A model generated the notes under the pieces. The model did no database searches and was not told the origin of the DNA. It saw only the letters and a program-made list of their open reading frames with translations. From the NCBI GenBank assembly GCA_003137135.1, contig PLFB01000182.1:6391-56744 (forward strand): a stretch of 50,354 nucleotides of DNA. The letters run 5' to 3'. A program made the position numbers and the translations under genes. The number at the start of each line of letters is the position of its first letter. The stretch's first letter is position 1. This DNA comes from Acetobacteraceae bacterium (lineage in GTDB: Bacteria > Pseudomonadota > Alphaproteobacteria > Acetobacterales > Acetobacteraceae). Below, piece by piece: positions 1-9,471 of the stretch.

Positions 1-84
1 GGCCATACTGTGGCCGCTCAAAGGCCGGGAGAGTAAAAGTTTTTTGCGGAGCTTTTTTTCAAAAAAGCGACCGCTTGCTTACTT
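1..84. repeat. Nested-palindrome repeat copy R1 (partial, cut by window start; core type A)
   Basis: GGCCATACTGTGGCCGCTCA core, then AAAAGTTTTTTG-cggagc-TTTTTTTCAAAAAA-gcgaccg-CTTGCTTACTT arm. The arm is the reverse complement of the arm at 15872-15917 and abuts the atzH stop codon. Confidence 0.9.
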
Positions 85-461
85 CACGATGCGCACCACG
101 AAACATGCGCACTGACAATTTTCCACCCGACAGCGGGAAATTTCACCCAAACCTGCGTCTGCCGGCCCAGCCTCGCCTCGCCCTGCCGGACAAATTCCGT
201 CACCGTCACGCCGTAATCCGTGCCGAAGGCTGTCACTTGCGTCGCCTGCAGTTTTCGCGGCGGCGTTTTGCCGCGGGCCGCGCGGAAGGCGGCGATGGCG
301 GCGAAGCCGTACAGCGATTCCGAGGCGCCGAACCGCACCGCCAAGGGCGACTCCCAAAAGAAATCGTCCAGCGCCGCAACGTCGTTTTCGCCAAGGGCAA
401 GCTCGTACGCCGCGAACCGCGCTTGCAGTTCCGCAAGCGTCGCCGGGTCGTCCAGAATCAT
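84..461 (-). CDS. atzH: AtzH/HpxZ-like (DUF3225) protein
   Basis: MILDDPATLAEL start overlaps the amidase stop (ATGA). Motifs F.AYE.AL..ND...LD.FFW, ESLYG..AI.AFR, GRQTQ.W and W.IVSAHVS are typical of the family. Confidence 0.85.
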   Translation of the reverse strand: MILDDPATLAELQARFAAYELALGENDVAALDDFFWESPLAVRFGASESLYGFAAIAAFRAARGKTPPRKLQATQVTAFGTDYGVTVTEFVRQGEARLGRQTQVWVKFPAVGWKIVSAHVSWCAS

Positions 462-1801
462 CCCAGCCGCGCCACCGGGGCGCGCACCACACCGGCGCGT
501 TCCAGCAGCGCCGCCGCGGCCAGCGCCCGGCGTTCCTGCCCGGCGGCCGCGATGATCTGCACGCCGCGCGGCAGCTTGCCGGTGGTTACCGGCACGCACA
601 CCACCGGCAGGCCGATAAAACTGATCGGCTGCGTGTAGATGCCGAGGTTCGGGCGCAGCGGCACCTCCTGTCCGTTCACCAGCATCGTCTTTTGCCCGAT
701 CAGTGGCGCCGTGCAGGGAGTAGCGGGCGCCAGCAGCAAATCGAAATTTCGAAAAATGTCTCTGGCCTGCTCGCGAAACCAGGCGCGGAATCGTTGCGCA
801 TAAAAAATCGTCTCGGCCGGCTGCAAGGCGCCGGCGAGCAGCCGCGGCCTGGTCGCGGGGTCGAAATCCCGCGGCCGGCCGATCAGGTTTTGCTTGTGCA
901 GCTGCCCGCCCTCGAACGCGGTGATGCAGAACGCCGCGGCGCGCGCGCGCTTTGCCTCCGGCAGTGTCACTTTTTCGCGCGCGCCCAGCCCTTTTGCCAC
1001 GTCGGCGACCGCCTGCAACATATCTGGGTCCGCATTTTGCTCGAACCAGTCATCAAGAATCGCGACGCGGCCGATCTCCGGCGGCGCCCCTGGCGGGTCG
1101 GAATCCTGGATCAGATCATACACCAGCGCCAAATCCTCGGCGCTGCGCGCGAATGGCCCGAGATGGTCGAAACTATCCACGAAGGGAAACGTGCCGGTCC
1201 GGTCCACGCGGCCATAGGTCGGCTTCAGCCCCAACACGCCGCACAACCCGGCCGGCAGGCGGATGGAGCCGTTGGTGTCAGACCCGAGCGTGATCGCCGC
1301 GAACCCTGCCACCACCGCCGCCGCGGACCCGCCGGAGGAGCCGCCGGCGACGCGCGTCACATCATGCGGATTGCGCGTGACGCCGTCATGCGCGTTTTCC
1401 GTCACGAAGCCGTAGGCGAACTCATCCATGTTCAGCGCGCCCAAACATGCGGCGCCAGCTTGGATCAATCTTGCCAGCACGGGCGCGTCCGCACGCGCCG
1501 GCGGCGCGTCCCGCAAAATTTTGGAACCCGCCCGCGTCGCAATGCCCGCCACGTCAAACAGGTTTTTGACCGCGATCGGCACGCCGGCCAGCGCGCCGAC
1601 ATCCTCGCCCGCGGCGATGCGCGTGTCCAAGACGGCCGCTTCCCGCGTCGCTCTGTCAAAAAGCCGGTCGGTGAAACAGTTCAGCGCCGGGTCATATTGC
1701 GCCACCCGCGCGACATGCGCGCGCACCACTTCACGCGCCGAAATCTTGCGACCCCGCACCATCCGCGCCAGTTCGGCGGCGCTCAGCTCGCATAGTGTCA
1801 T
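458..1801 (-). CDS. atzE: AtzE-family amidase (1-carboxybiuret hydrolase-like)
   Basis: Amidase signature (AVKNLFD, GGSSGGSAAAV, GSDTNGSIR), NMDEFAYGFVTEN, and context between atzG- and atzH-like genes. Confidence 0.88.
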   Translation of the reverse strand: MTLCELSAAELARMVRGRKISAREVVRAHVARVAQYDPALNCFTDRLFDRATREAAVLDTRIAAGEDVGALAGVPIAVKNLFDVAGIATRAGSKILRDAPPARADAPVLARLIQAGAACLGALNMDEFAYGFVTENAHDGVTRNPHDVTRVAGGSSGGSAAAVVAGFAAITLGSDTNGSIRLPAGLCGVLGLKPTYGRVDRTGTFPFVDSFDHLGPFARSAEDLALVYDLIQDSDPPGAPPEIGRVAILDDWFEQNADPDMLQAVADVAKGLGAREKVTLPEAKRARAAAFCITAFEGGQLHKQNLIGRPRDFDPATRPRLLAGALQPAETIFYAQRFRAWFREQARDIFRNFDLLLAPATPCTAPLIGQKTMLVNGQEVPLRPNLGIYTQPISFIGLPVVCVPVTTGKLPRGVQIIAAAGQERRALAAAALLERAGVVRAPVARLG

Positions 1802-1980
1802 GGGATAAATCTTGGCGCCGCCTCGATGTGTTCGGGCAGCGCAAACGCCGCCAGCAGGCGCGCCTGCTGCGTCAGCACCGCGAACGCGGCCAAAACTTCG
1901 TCGCGGTGCTCAGGCAGGATCGGCAGCCCCAGCAGTGCTGACGCCGCGTCCAGATACGCCGTCATCTCGTCCTGGCTCAT
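1798..1980 (-). CDS. atzG: AtzG-like small subunit (DUF4089)
   Basis: 60 aa, YLDAASALLGLPI...EAAPRFIP; stop overlaps the atzE start. Confidence 0.75.
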   Translation of the reverse strand: MSQDEMTAYLDAASALLGLPILPEHRDEVLAAFAVLTQQARLLAAFALPEHIEAAPRFIP

Positions 1981-1983
1981 GCG

Positions 1984-3555
1984 CTATTCCGCCGCTTCCT
2001 CGGCCCCGGTCAGCACCGGCTGCGCCGTCATCTTAAGGCTGGCCCGTCCGAACACGAGGCAGGTCGCCGCCAGCACCGCGTAGCCCAGCGCCACCGGCGC
2101 GGAATTGCCGAACGCCAGTTGGGTGCCGTTGATGAAGCCGAAAAACGCCAGCACCGCGCCGATCGCGGCATAAATCGCGGCCTTTTCAAATTCCCGGTCG
2201 ATGATGAACGCCGCGATCGCGCCCAGGATCAGCCCCGCCAGCGTGGCGCCGCCGCCAAACAGCTGCATGCCTTGATAGATCACGCCGTTGCCGGCCAGCT
2301 TGTCAAACCCCACCGCCGCCGCGCTGGTGCCGGCCGCGCCTAACGCGCCGTCAATCTGGCTCTGGCACCAGTTCGCGATGTTGGGAAGCAGGGCCAGAAT
2401 CACCGCCGGCGCGTGCCGCGGCGGGGTCGCCTCAAACGCCTGCGCGCCGATCACCAGGCCGATATAGAGCAGGATCGGCAAGATCGCGACCAGCGGCACA
2501 ACCGCCAGCAGCAGCGCCGTGATTCCCAAAAAACACACCAGCGCGATCACGACGCCGGTCGCCAACGAATAGCCGATACGGCCGCCGACCGCCTTCCAGC
2601 CCGGATGCCCGATATAGACCGCCGGCGGAAACGGCGAGCCGAGTACCGATCCCACCATCGCGCCGATGCCATCCGCCAGCAATATCTTACGCAAATCGTA
2701 ACTATCACCGGCCGCCGAGGCGCTCTCGACGTTGTTCATCCCTTCCGTAAAATTATAGATCCCCAACGGAATCGCGGTCACCAGCAGCGGCGCGATATTC
2801 GCCAGGCCGGTGATAAAATTCGCCGTCGGGTAGGGCAGGTGCAGCCCGAACGCGGAAAACGCCGCGCCCACCTGCGCCGGATCGACGATGTGCTCGAGCC
2901 CGGCAAACTCGCCGATCCAGGCCGCGACGGTCCCGATCGCCACCGCCGCCAGCCCGCCCGGCACGCCGAACGGCAGCCGCACCCGCGACATCCAGGAAAT
3001 CAGAATCACGCCGAACGAGAAAAACCCAAGCCAGGGTGCCAGAAAAAACAAGAACGCCGGCCGCATGGAAATGAACGCGATGGAAATGCCCGCGAGCGCC
3101 CCCAGCATCGCCGCGCGCGGCGTGTATTTGCGCACCGTCGGCCCGATGAAGGCGCCGAGCGTGACGATGACGCCGATGATGAACGCCCAGGCCAGCCCGG
3201 CATCCCACGCCAGGATCGGGTCGTGCGTCTTGAGGTAGGTCGGCAGCATGATGACGAACACGACCAGAAACATGTGCGGCACGCTCGGGCCGTAGGGCAT
3301 CGCCGTCACATCCGCGCGGCCGGATTTTTTGGCGAGTTGATAGGCCAGATAAGCGTAGAACAGATTACCCAGCGGCAGCGCGATGCCCAGGGCCGGCAAA
3401 ATCCGCCCGAACACGACCCCGGCCGGCAGATGCACGACGCCCAGACAGAGGCCGGTGAGCACGATCACGTTCAACAGCACGTTGGTGAACAGGCCGAAAA
3501 ACCCGTTCCAGTCCCCCGGCACCCAGAACGCCGGTTTTGTCACGCTGGCACTCAT
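1984..3555 (-). CDS. Polytopic permease (NCS2/xanthine-uracil-permease-like)
   Basis: Many hydrophobic segments; GDWNGFFGL, MPYGPSVPH, NNVESA..AGD.Y and YIGHPGWK motifs. ATG at 3555 is coupled (TGATG) to the upstream hydrolase. Confidence 0.8.
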   Translation of the reverse strand: MSASVTKPAFWVPGDWNGFFGLFTNVLLNVIVLTGLCLGVVHLPAGVVFGRILPALGIALPLGNLFYAYLAYQLAKKSGRADVTAMPYGPSVPHMFLVVFVIMLPTYLKTHDPILAWDAGLAWAFIIGVIVTLGAFIGPTVRKYTPRAAMLGALAGISIAFISMRPAFLFFLAPWLGFFSFGVILISWMSRVRLPFGVPGGLAAVAIGTVAAWIGEFAGLEHIVDPAQVGAAFSAFGLHLPYPTANFITGLANIAPLLVTAIPLGIYNFTEGMNNVESASAAGDSYDLRKILLADGIGAMVGSVLGSPFPPAVYIGHPGWKAVGGRIGYSLATGVVIALVCFLGITALLLAVVPLVAILPILLYIGLVIGAQAFEATPPRHAPAVILALLPNIANWCQSQIDGALGAAGTSAAAVGFDKLAGNGVIYQGMQLFGGGATLAGLILGAIAAFIIDREFEKAAIYAAIGAVLAFFGFINGTQLAFGNSAPVALGYAVLAATCLVFGRASLKMTAQPVLTGAEEAAE

Positions 3556-4229
3556 CAAGACTCTCCCTGTTGCAGCGCCGCCACCACCGCGCCCGCCGGC
3601 GCCACCCAGCCAAAAATCCCGTCCTGGGCGCACACCATGTTAAGCGCCGCCTCATGAAATTTGGGGAAATACGAAGCCGTGCCGTCCTCCAGCACGAGGC
3701 ATTCAAAGCCGCGGTCATTGGCCTCGCGCACGGTGGTGTGCACGCATACTTCCGTGGTCACGCCGGCCACGATGAGTTGCGTGATGCCCTTGCCGCGCAG
3801 AATCGCCTCCAGGTCGGTCGCGTAAAATGCGCCCTTGCCGGGCTTGTCGATCACCGGCTCATTTTCCGCCGGCGAGAGTTCCGCGATAATCCCGTGCCCT
3901 GCCTCGCCACGCACCAGGATGCGACCCATCGGCCCGGAATCGCCGATGCGGGCGGTAAACCGGCCGCGCCTGTGCTTGGCTTCGGTCAAATCGGAAAGGT
4001 CGGGCCGGTGCCCCTCCCGCGTGTGCACCACCAGCATGCCGGCGGCGCGGCAGGCGGTCAAAACCGCCGCGATCGGCGCGATCGCCGAGCGCAGGAGCGA
4101 CACGTCGTTGCCCAAAGCCGCGCCAAAGCCGCCCGGCTCCAGAAAATCGCGTTGCATGTCGATGATGAGCAACGCCGCCGCCCGCGGTTCCAGCGCAAAC
4201 TCATAGGGCCGGGCGGCGATCACGCGCAT
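3555..4229 (-). CDS. trtA: Isochorismatase-like cysteine hydrolase, triuret hydrolase (TrtA)-like
   Basis: D-K-C triad (IIDMQ, DKPGKG, TTEVCV). [20 protein letters not shown] resembles TrtA more than BiuH (GGYVD.MGYD); comparison made from memory. Confidence 0.7.
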   Translation of the reverse strand: MRVIAARPYEFALEPRAAALLIIDMQRDFLEPGGFGAALGNDVSLLRSAIAPIAAVLTACRAAGMLVVHTREGHRPDLSDLTEAKHRRGRFTARIGDSGPMGRILVRGEAGHGIIAELSPAENEPVIDKPGKGAFYATDLEAILRGKGITQLIVAGVTTEVCVHTTVREANDRGFECLVLEDGTASYFPKFHEAALNMVCAQDGIFGWVAPAGAVVAALQQGES

Positions 4230-4325
4230 CTCACGTCACTTTCCCTGGGCGGCCCGGTCATTCCCCGCGGCGCTAAAAGCGGCACGGCCCGGTGATGTCG
4301 GGCAGGTCAACCATCACCAATTCGA

Positions 4326-4342
4326 AGCAAATTCTGCGCCAA
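4326..4342 (-). promoter_or_regulatory. sigma54 (-24/-12) promoter for the trtA-atzGEH operon
   Basis: Minus strand reads TTGGCGCAGAATTTGCT (GG-N10-GC), about 100 nt upstream of the trtA ATG; fits a nitrogen-regulated operon. Confidence 0.75.
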
Positions 4343-4551
4343 GCCCAAAAACGCGCCAATTCCGCAATCAGTCAGCGCGAGTCTGCGCCTAAAAGTCAGT
4401 CAATTGCTTAAAAAGAATCCTTTTTGCGCCCAAATCGGCCCCGGAGAGTGCCCACCCGCCTCCGCCGCCTCACGAGATCGTGACCTTCCCAACCCTGGCC
4501 GGCGCCCCATTTCCGTTCCGTAAGGAATAACCCCCATATTAGGAGCCCTTC

Positions 4552-4953
4552 ATGAATCGCCGTCATGCCGCCACCTCCGCCCTCACCGCCGCCGCCGCCT
4601 CCCTCATCCTGCCGGCCGCGGCGCGCGCGCAGTCCATGCATCATGAGAAAAACGTCATCTTCACCGCCGACGACCCGGGCCACTGGTCCGGCGTTGAAGC
4701 GCTGCACATCCCTGTCACCACCGTCGCGGACGGCGTCCTGACCGTCAAAACCCCGCATCCGATGACCGCGCCGCACTTCATCGTCAGCCACACCGTCGTG
4801 CTCGCCGGCGGCAAGTTTCTGGACCGCAAAACTTTCACCTATACTGATCAGCCGATCTCCACCCATACCCTCCCGGCCGGCTACACGGGGAAGGTCATCG
4901 TCACCAGCACCTGCAACCTGCACGATTTCTGGGTTAAAACGATCACCGTGTAA
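4552..4953 (+). CDS. Tat-exported superoxide reductase/desulfoferrodoxin-like protein
   Basis: MNRRH...AARA Tat-like signal; His4Cys ligand pattern EALHIP, TPHPM..PHFI, CNLHDFW; AGGAG RBS. Confidence 0.75.
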   Translation: MNRRHAATSALTAAAASLILPAAARAQSMHHEKNVIFTADDPGHWSGVEALHIPVTTVADGVLTVKTPHPMTAPHFIVSHTVVLAGGKFLDRKTFTYTDQPISTHTLPAGYTGKVIVTSTCNLHDFWVKTITV

Positions 4954-5148
4954 GTAAGTAAGCGCCTTTTTGAAAAAACGCCCCTGCACGGGCCGGCGCC
5001 AAAAACTTTGGCTCAGGGGGCGCTGGGTTAGGGATTGCCTTGAAACGGCTCCAACGAAGCCGTTTAAAGGCAATCCCGTACCCAGCGCCCCCAGGAGCAA
5101 AAGTTTTTTGGTTACTTTTTTTCAAAAAAAGTAACTGCTTCCTTCCTT
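4952..5148. repeat. Nested-palindrome repeat copy R2 (core type B, long hairpin)
   Basis: Starts within the TAA stop (TAAGTAAGTAAG). TTTTTGAAAAAA...CAAAAACTTTG arm, ~40-bp hairpin at 5011-5098, then the inverted arm AAAAGTTTTTTG GTTAC T7CA7 GTAAC tgCTTCCTTCCTT. Confidence 0.92.
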
Positions 5149-5177
5149 CCCGCACCGCATCATGATTTGATCCGGTC

Positions 5178-7937
5178 ATGGACATCCCCCAGCCCGCTAA
5201 ACCGGCCATCGACGAAGCTCTGCGCGACGACATCCGCCTGCTCGGCCGCATATTGGGCGAGACCATCCGCGCGCTGGACGGCGAGGAGCTTTTTAACCAC
5301 ATCGAAACCATCCGTCAGCTGGCGGTGCGCTTCCACCGGGACCACGACCAGGCGGCGCAGACCGAGCTGGAAGCCATTCTTTCCGGCCTGACGGAAAACC
5401 AGATCAACGGCATCACCCGCGCCTTCGGCTATTTTTCCATTCTCGCCAACATCGCGGAGGACCACCACCATACCCGGCGCTGGCGGGCCTACATCATCGC
5501 CGGCTCGCCGCCGCGCGAAGGCAGTTTTTCCGCCGCCATTTTACGCGCCCGCGCCGATGGGTATGACGACGCCGATCTGCAAAACTTTTTCCAAACCGCC
5601 ACCATCGCCCCCGTCCTCACCGCGCATCCCACCGAAGTCCAGCGCCGCAGCATTCTGGACATTCTGGACGCCATCGCCGCCGAACTCATCCGCCGCGACC
5701 GCGTCGCGGAAACCAAGGACGAATACGCCGACGTCGAGTTTTCGCTGCGCGAAAAGGTTCTGACGCTCTGGCAGACCCGCATCCTGCGCCCGACGAAACT
5801 TTCGGTGCTGGACGAGGTGGAAAACGCGCTGGCGTTTTTCGACGCGACGTTTTTTGCCGAAGTCCCAAAGCTGTACGCGGCGGTGGAGCATGAGCTGGGC
5901 GCGCGGCCTAGCGCGTTGCCGAATTTTTTCGAGATCAACAGCTGGATCGGCGGCGACCGCGACGGCAACCCGTTTGTGGACGCGACCGTCCTGACCGAGG
6001 CGCTGGCCAAGCAGTCCGACCGCGCCTTCAGCCACTATCTTAGCGAAACCCGCAAGCTGCGCCGCGAACTCACGCTGGCCTCGCTGCACGCGAAGGTGTC
6101 GCCGGCGGTGCAGCATCTGGCGGAAATTTCCGCCGGGCATTCGCCGCATCAGGCGGACGAACCCTATCGCCGTGCGCTGAACACGATTCTTGCCCGCGTC
6201 ACCGCCACGCACGCCGCCCTCACCGGCCGGCCGCCGCCCAACGCGGCGTTCGAGGCCTACGAATCATCCGAAGCGTTCGCCGCCGACCTCGCCATCATCG
6301 CCACCTCCCTGGAACAAAACGGCTCCGCCCTACTTACCCAGGGCCGCATCGGCAACCTCCTGCGCGCCGCGCGCGTTTTTGGCTGGACGCTCGCGCCGAT
6401 TGATCTGCGGCAGAACTCCGACGTGCACGAACGCACGATCGCGGAACTATTGGGAGCCGTCGCACCCGGCTTCAATTACCTCAGCCTCGATGAAGAGGGC
6501 CGCATCCAGGTGCTGCTCACCGAACTCTCCACCACCCGCCCGCTGGTCTCGCGCCACCTTACCTACGGCGCCGAGACCGCCAAGGAACTGGCGATTTTCG
6601 ACGCCGCCCGCTTGGCGCATTTGCGCTACGGTCCGCGCGCCGTGCGCACCGCCATCATCTCCAAAACCGATTCCGTTTCGGATCTTCTGGAACTCGCCGT
6701 CCTATTGAAGGAAGCCGGCCTGCTGCGGCCGGCGGACAGGCAACTGGACATCAACATCGTCCCGCTGTTCGAGACCATCGGCGATTTGCGGGCCGCCGCG
6801 GACATCATGGACCGGCTGCTATCCATCCCGCTCTACCGCGCGCTGTTGAACAGCCGGGCCGAGACGCAGGAGGTGATGCTCGGCTATTCCGACAGCAACA
6901 AGGACGGCGGATTTTTGACCTCCGGGTGGGAGCTCTATCGCGCCGAAGTCGGGTTGGTGGAGATTTTTGCTAAGCACGGCATTCGCCTGCGCCTGTTCCA
7001 CGGCCGCGGGGGTTCGGTGGGCCGCGGCGGCGGGCCGAGCTTCCAGGCCATCCTCGCGCAGCCCAAGGGCGCGGTGCAGGGCCAGATTCGGCTGACCGAG
7101 CAAGGCGAGGTGATTGCCGCGAAATACGGCAATCCCGAAGTCGGCCGCCGCAACCTGGAAGTTTTACTCTCGGCCACACTGGTCGCCACCGCCGAACCAG
7201 CCGTCAGCGAACCCATCGCCCCGGACTTTCCGAAATTTTTGGGCGAACTTTCCGACGAGGCTTTTGCCGCCTACCGCAACCTGGTCTATGAAACCCCCGG
7301 TTTTGAGGACTATTTCTGGTCCTCCACCGTGATTACCGAAATCGCCAGCCTCAACCTCGGCAGCCGCCCGGCCAGCCGCGCCAAGGGCCGCTCAATCGAA
7401 GACCTGCGCGCCATCCCCTGGGTGTTCTCCTGGGCGCAATGCCGAGTCATGCTGCCTGGCTGGTACGGCTTTGGCACCGCCGTGGAAAAAATCACCCGCC
7501 GCCACGGCTATCGCGGCCTGCGCATCCTGCAATCGATGTTCGAGGAATGGCCCGTGTTCTCCACCCTGCTGCTCAACATGGACATGGTGCTGGCGAAAGC
7601 CGACATGCGCATCGCCGAGCGCTACGCCGGCCTGGTGGAAGACGAAGTTTTGCGCAACGCCATCTTTCCGCGCATCAAGGCGGAATACGAGCGCACCAAA
7701 AAACACCTGCTTTCCATCACCGCGCAGCGCAACCTGCTGGACCGCAACCCGGTGATGCGCCGCTCCATCACCAACCGCTTCCCGTATCTCGACCCGCTCA
7801 ACCACGTCCAGGTTGAAATGCTCCGCCGCTACCGCGAACAAATTTCTACCCCCGACTCCGAATCCAGCATCCGCGTTCGCCGGGGCGTGCACATCAGCAT
7901 CAACGGCATCGCCGCGGCGCTGCGGAATAGCGGGTGA
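5178..7937 (+). CDS. ppc: Phosphoenolpyruvate carboxylase
   Basis: VLTAHPTE, SWIGGDRDGNP, QEVMLGYSDSNKDGG, FHGRGGSVGRGGGP, LRAIPWVFSW and terminal LRNSG. Confidence 0.98.
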   Translation: MDIPQPAKPAIDEALRDDIRLLGRILGETIRALDGEELFNHIETIRQLAVRFHRDHDQAAQTELEAILSGLTENQINGITRAFGYFSILANIAEDHHHTRRWRAYIIAGSPPREGSFSAAILRARADGYDDADLQNFFQTATIAPVLTAHPTEVQRRSILDILDAIAAELIRRDRVAETKDEYADVEFSLREKVLTLWQTRILRPTKLSVLDEVENALAFFDATFFAEVPKLYAAVEHELGARPSALPNFFEINSWIGGDRDGNPFVDATVLTEALAKQSDRAFSHYLSETRKLRRELTLASLHAKVSPAVQHLAEISAGHSPHQADEPYRRALNTILARVTATHAALTGRPPPNAAFEAYESSEAFAADLAIIATSLEQNGSALLTQGRIGNLLRAARVFGWTLAPIDLRQNSDVHERTIAELLGAVAPGFNYLSLDEEGRIQVLLTELSTTRPLVSRHLTYGAETAKELAIFDAARLAHLRYGPRAVRTAIISKTDSVSDLLELAVLLKEAGLLRPADRQLDINIVPLFETIGDLRAAADIMDRLLSIPLYRALLNSRAETQEVMLGYSDSNKDGGFLTSGWELYRAEVGLVEIFAKHGIRLRLFHGRGGSVGRGGGPSFQAILAQPKGAVQGQIRLTEQGEVIAAKYGNPEVGRRNLEVLLSATLVATAEPAVSEPIAPDFPKFLGELSDEAFAAYRNLVYETPGFEDYFWSSTVITEIASLNLGSRPASRAKGRSIEDLRAIPWVFSWAQCRVMLPGWYGFGTAVEKITRRHGYRGLRILQSMFEEWPVFSTLLLNMDMVLAKADMRIAERYAGLVEDEVLRNAIFPRIKAEYERTKKHLLSITAQRNLLDRNPVMRRSITNRFPYLDPLNHVQVEMLRRYREQISTPDSESSIRVRRGVHISINGIAAALRNSG

Positions 7938-7943
7938 GGCGTG

Positions 7944-8140
7944 AAGGGGAGGGAGAAGTTCTTTTTCTGAAGAAAAAGAACCAAAAAGACTTTGCTCCTG
8001 GGGGCGTGGGGATCGGAAGTGCCGTTAATCGCCTCCAACGGAGGCGATTAACGGCACTTCCGGTCCCCACGCCCCCAGGAGCAAAAGTTTTTTGGCACGC
8101 AGCCCGCGCGCGCTTTTTTTCAAAAAAGCGCTTCTTACTT
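7944..8140. repeat. Nested-palindrome repeat copy R3 (core type B)
   Basis: 46-bp stem 7991-8036/8040-8085 with one G-T pair and an AAC loop, flanked by the T-tract/A-tract arms; ends CTTCTTACTT. Confidence 0.92.
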
Positions 8141-8147
8141 GCCTTTC

Positions 8148-9419
8148 ATGAGCTCTTCGCCACCGCCCCGCTGGCAGATGATCGCCGGCGCCTCAATCGG
8201 CAACGCCCTCGAATTCTATGACTTCGTCATCTACGGCTATTTCGCGAAGGACATCGCCGCCACTTTCTTTCCGGGTCAGACCTCTACCGACAAGCTTTTA
8301 TTGACCTTCGCCACCTTCGGCGTGTCGTTCCTCGCCCGCCCCGTCGGCGCGTTTATTTTGGGCCAGCTCGCCGACCAGCGCGGCCGCAAATTCACCATGA
8401 TCCTAGCCGTCGTTTTAATGACTATCGGCAGTGCGCTCATCGCCCTTATGCCCTCCCGCGCCGCGATCGGTCTCATCGCGCCGTTCGGTATTTTGGTTGC
8501 CCGTCTCATCCAGGGATTTGCGCTCGGCGGTGAATTCGGCAGCGCCACGGCGCTGATGATCGAGCACTCCAAGGGCAGCGAATCCAACGCCGCGAGTTGG
8601 CAGGGCACCAGCCAGAACATCGCCGGCCTCATCGGCTCCGGCTTCGCCTTTTTGCTCAGCCTGATGCTGGCGCCGGAGGCGTTCCACGGTTACGGTTTTC
8701 GGCTGGCTTTTGGCCTCGGCGTGCTCGCCGGCCCGGTCGCCCTCGTGCTGCGCCGCCGGCTGGAGGAAGCGCCGGCTTTTCTTGCCCTCAAAGCCAATCC
8801 CCACCCGCCTTCCGAAGCCGCCGAGCCAACGACGCTGCCTGGCATCGCGATTGCCGCCTGCCTGGTCGCCATCGGCACCGCGCAGACCTACCTGGTGCTC
8901 TATCTGCCCACCTACGCGGAAACGCAGCTGCACATGGCGGCCGGCAAGGCGCTCGGATCGGTTGTCGTGCTCTACATTTTCACGCTCGCTCTGGTGCCTG
9001 TCCGCCTCGCGATCGCCGCGCGATTCGACCGGTCCGCCAACACGCTTTGGATGGTTCTCTCCTGCATCGCGATGATGGCCACCGGCTACCCCGCGTTCAT
9101 CGCCCTTACGCATTTCCCTGGCGCGGTGATGTTGTTTCTGATTCCGATGTTCTTCACCGTCATCAGTCTGCCTTACAATTCACCGCTCACCGGGTTTATG
9201 GGCAGGGTGTTTCCCATCCGCCATCGCGGCATCGGCCTGTCCGTCGGCTACTCGCTCGGCATTGCGTTATTCGGCGGCTTTGCGCCGTACATCAACACCT
9301 GGCTGGTCGCCCACACCGACGATTCTCGCGCGCCTGGTTATTATCTCGCATTCACCTCCATCGTCACGATTGCCGCCATCCATTTCGCCCGCGCCCGTCT
9401 GCCCGCATCGGCGCCTTGA
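8148..9419 (+). CDS. MFS transporter, metabolite:H+ symporter (ProP/KgtP/CitA-like)
   Basis: GNALEFYDF..YG, RPVGA..LG.LAD..GRK and RLIQGFALGGEFG motifs; about 12 TM segments. Confidence 0.9.
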   Translation: MSSSPPPRWQMIAGASIGNALEFYDFVIYGYFAKDIAATFFPGQTSTDKLLLTFATFGVSFLARPVGAFILGQLADQRGRKFTMILAVVLMTIGSALIALMPSRAAIGLIAPFGILVARLIQGFALGGEFGSATALMIEHSKGSESNAASWQGTSQNIAGLIGSGFAFLLSLMLAPEAFHGYGFRLAFGLGVLAGPVALVLRRRLEEAPAFLALKANPHPPSEAAEPTTLPGIAIAACLVAIGTAQTYLVLYLPTYAETQLHMAAGKALGSVVVLYIFTLALVPVRLAIAARFDRSANTLWMVLSCIAMMATGYPAFIALTHFPGAVMLFLIPMFFTVISLPYNSPLTGFMGRVFPIRHRGIGLSVGYSLGIALFGGFAPYINTWLVAHTDDSRAPGYYLAFTSIVTIAAIHFARARLPASAP

Positions 9420-9471
9420 TTCGCCGCGGTCCGGCTTTTCAAATCGCGCCGCGACCGTTACGGAATATGCC

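Noticed and set aside
4230-4320. Guanidine riboswitch upstream of the hydrolase operon
   Set aside because: No paired ACGR-loop hairpins or other ykkC-class consensus was recognised.
4384-4435. NtrC-type enhancer sites upstream of the sigma54 promoter
   Set aside because: Only TGCGCC half-sites are visible and the palindromes are too degenerate to call by eye.
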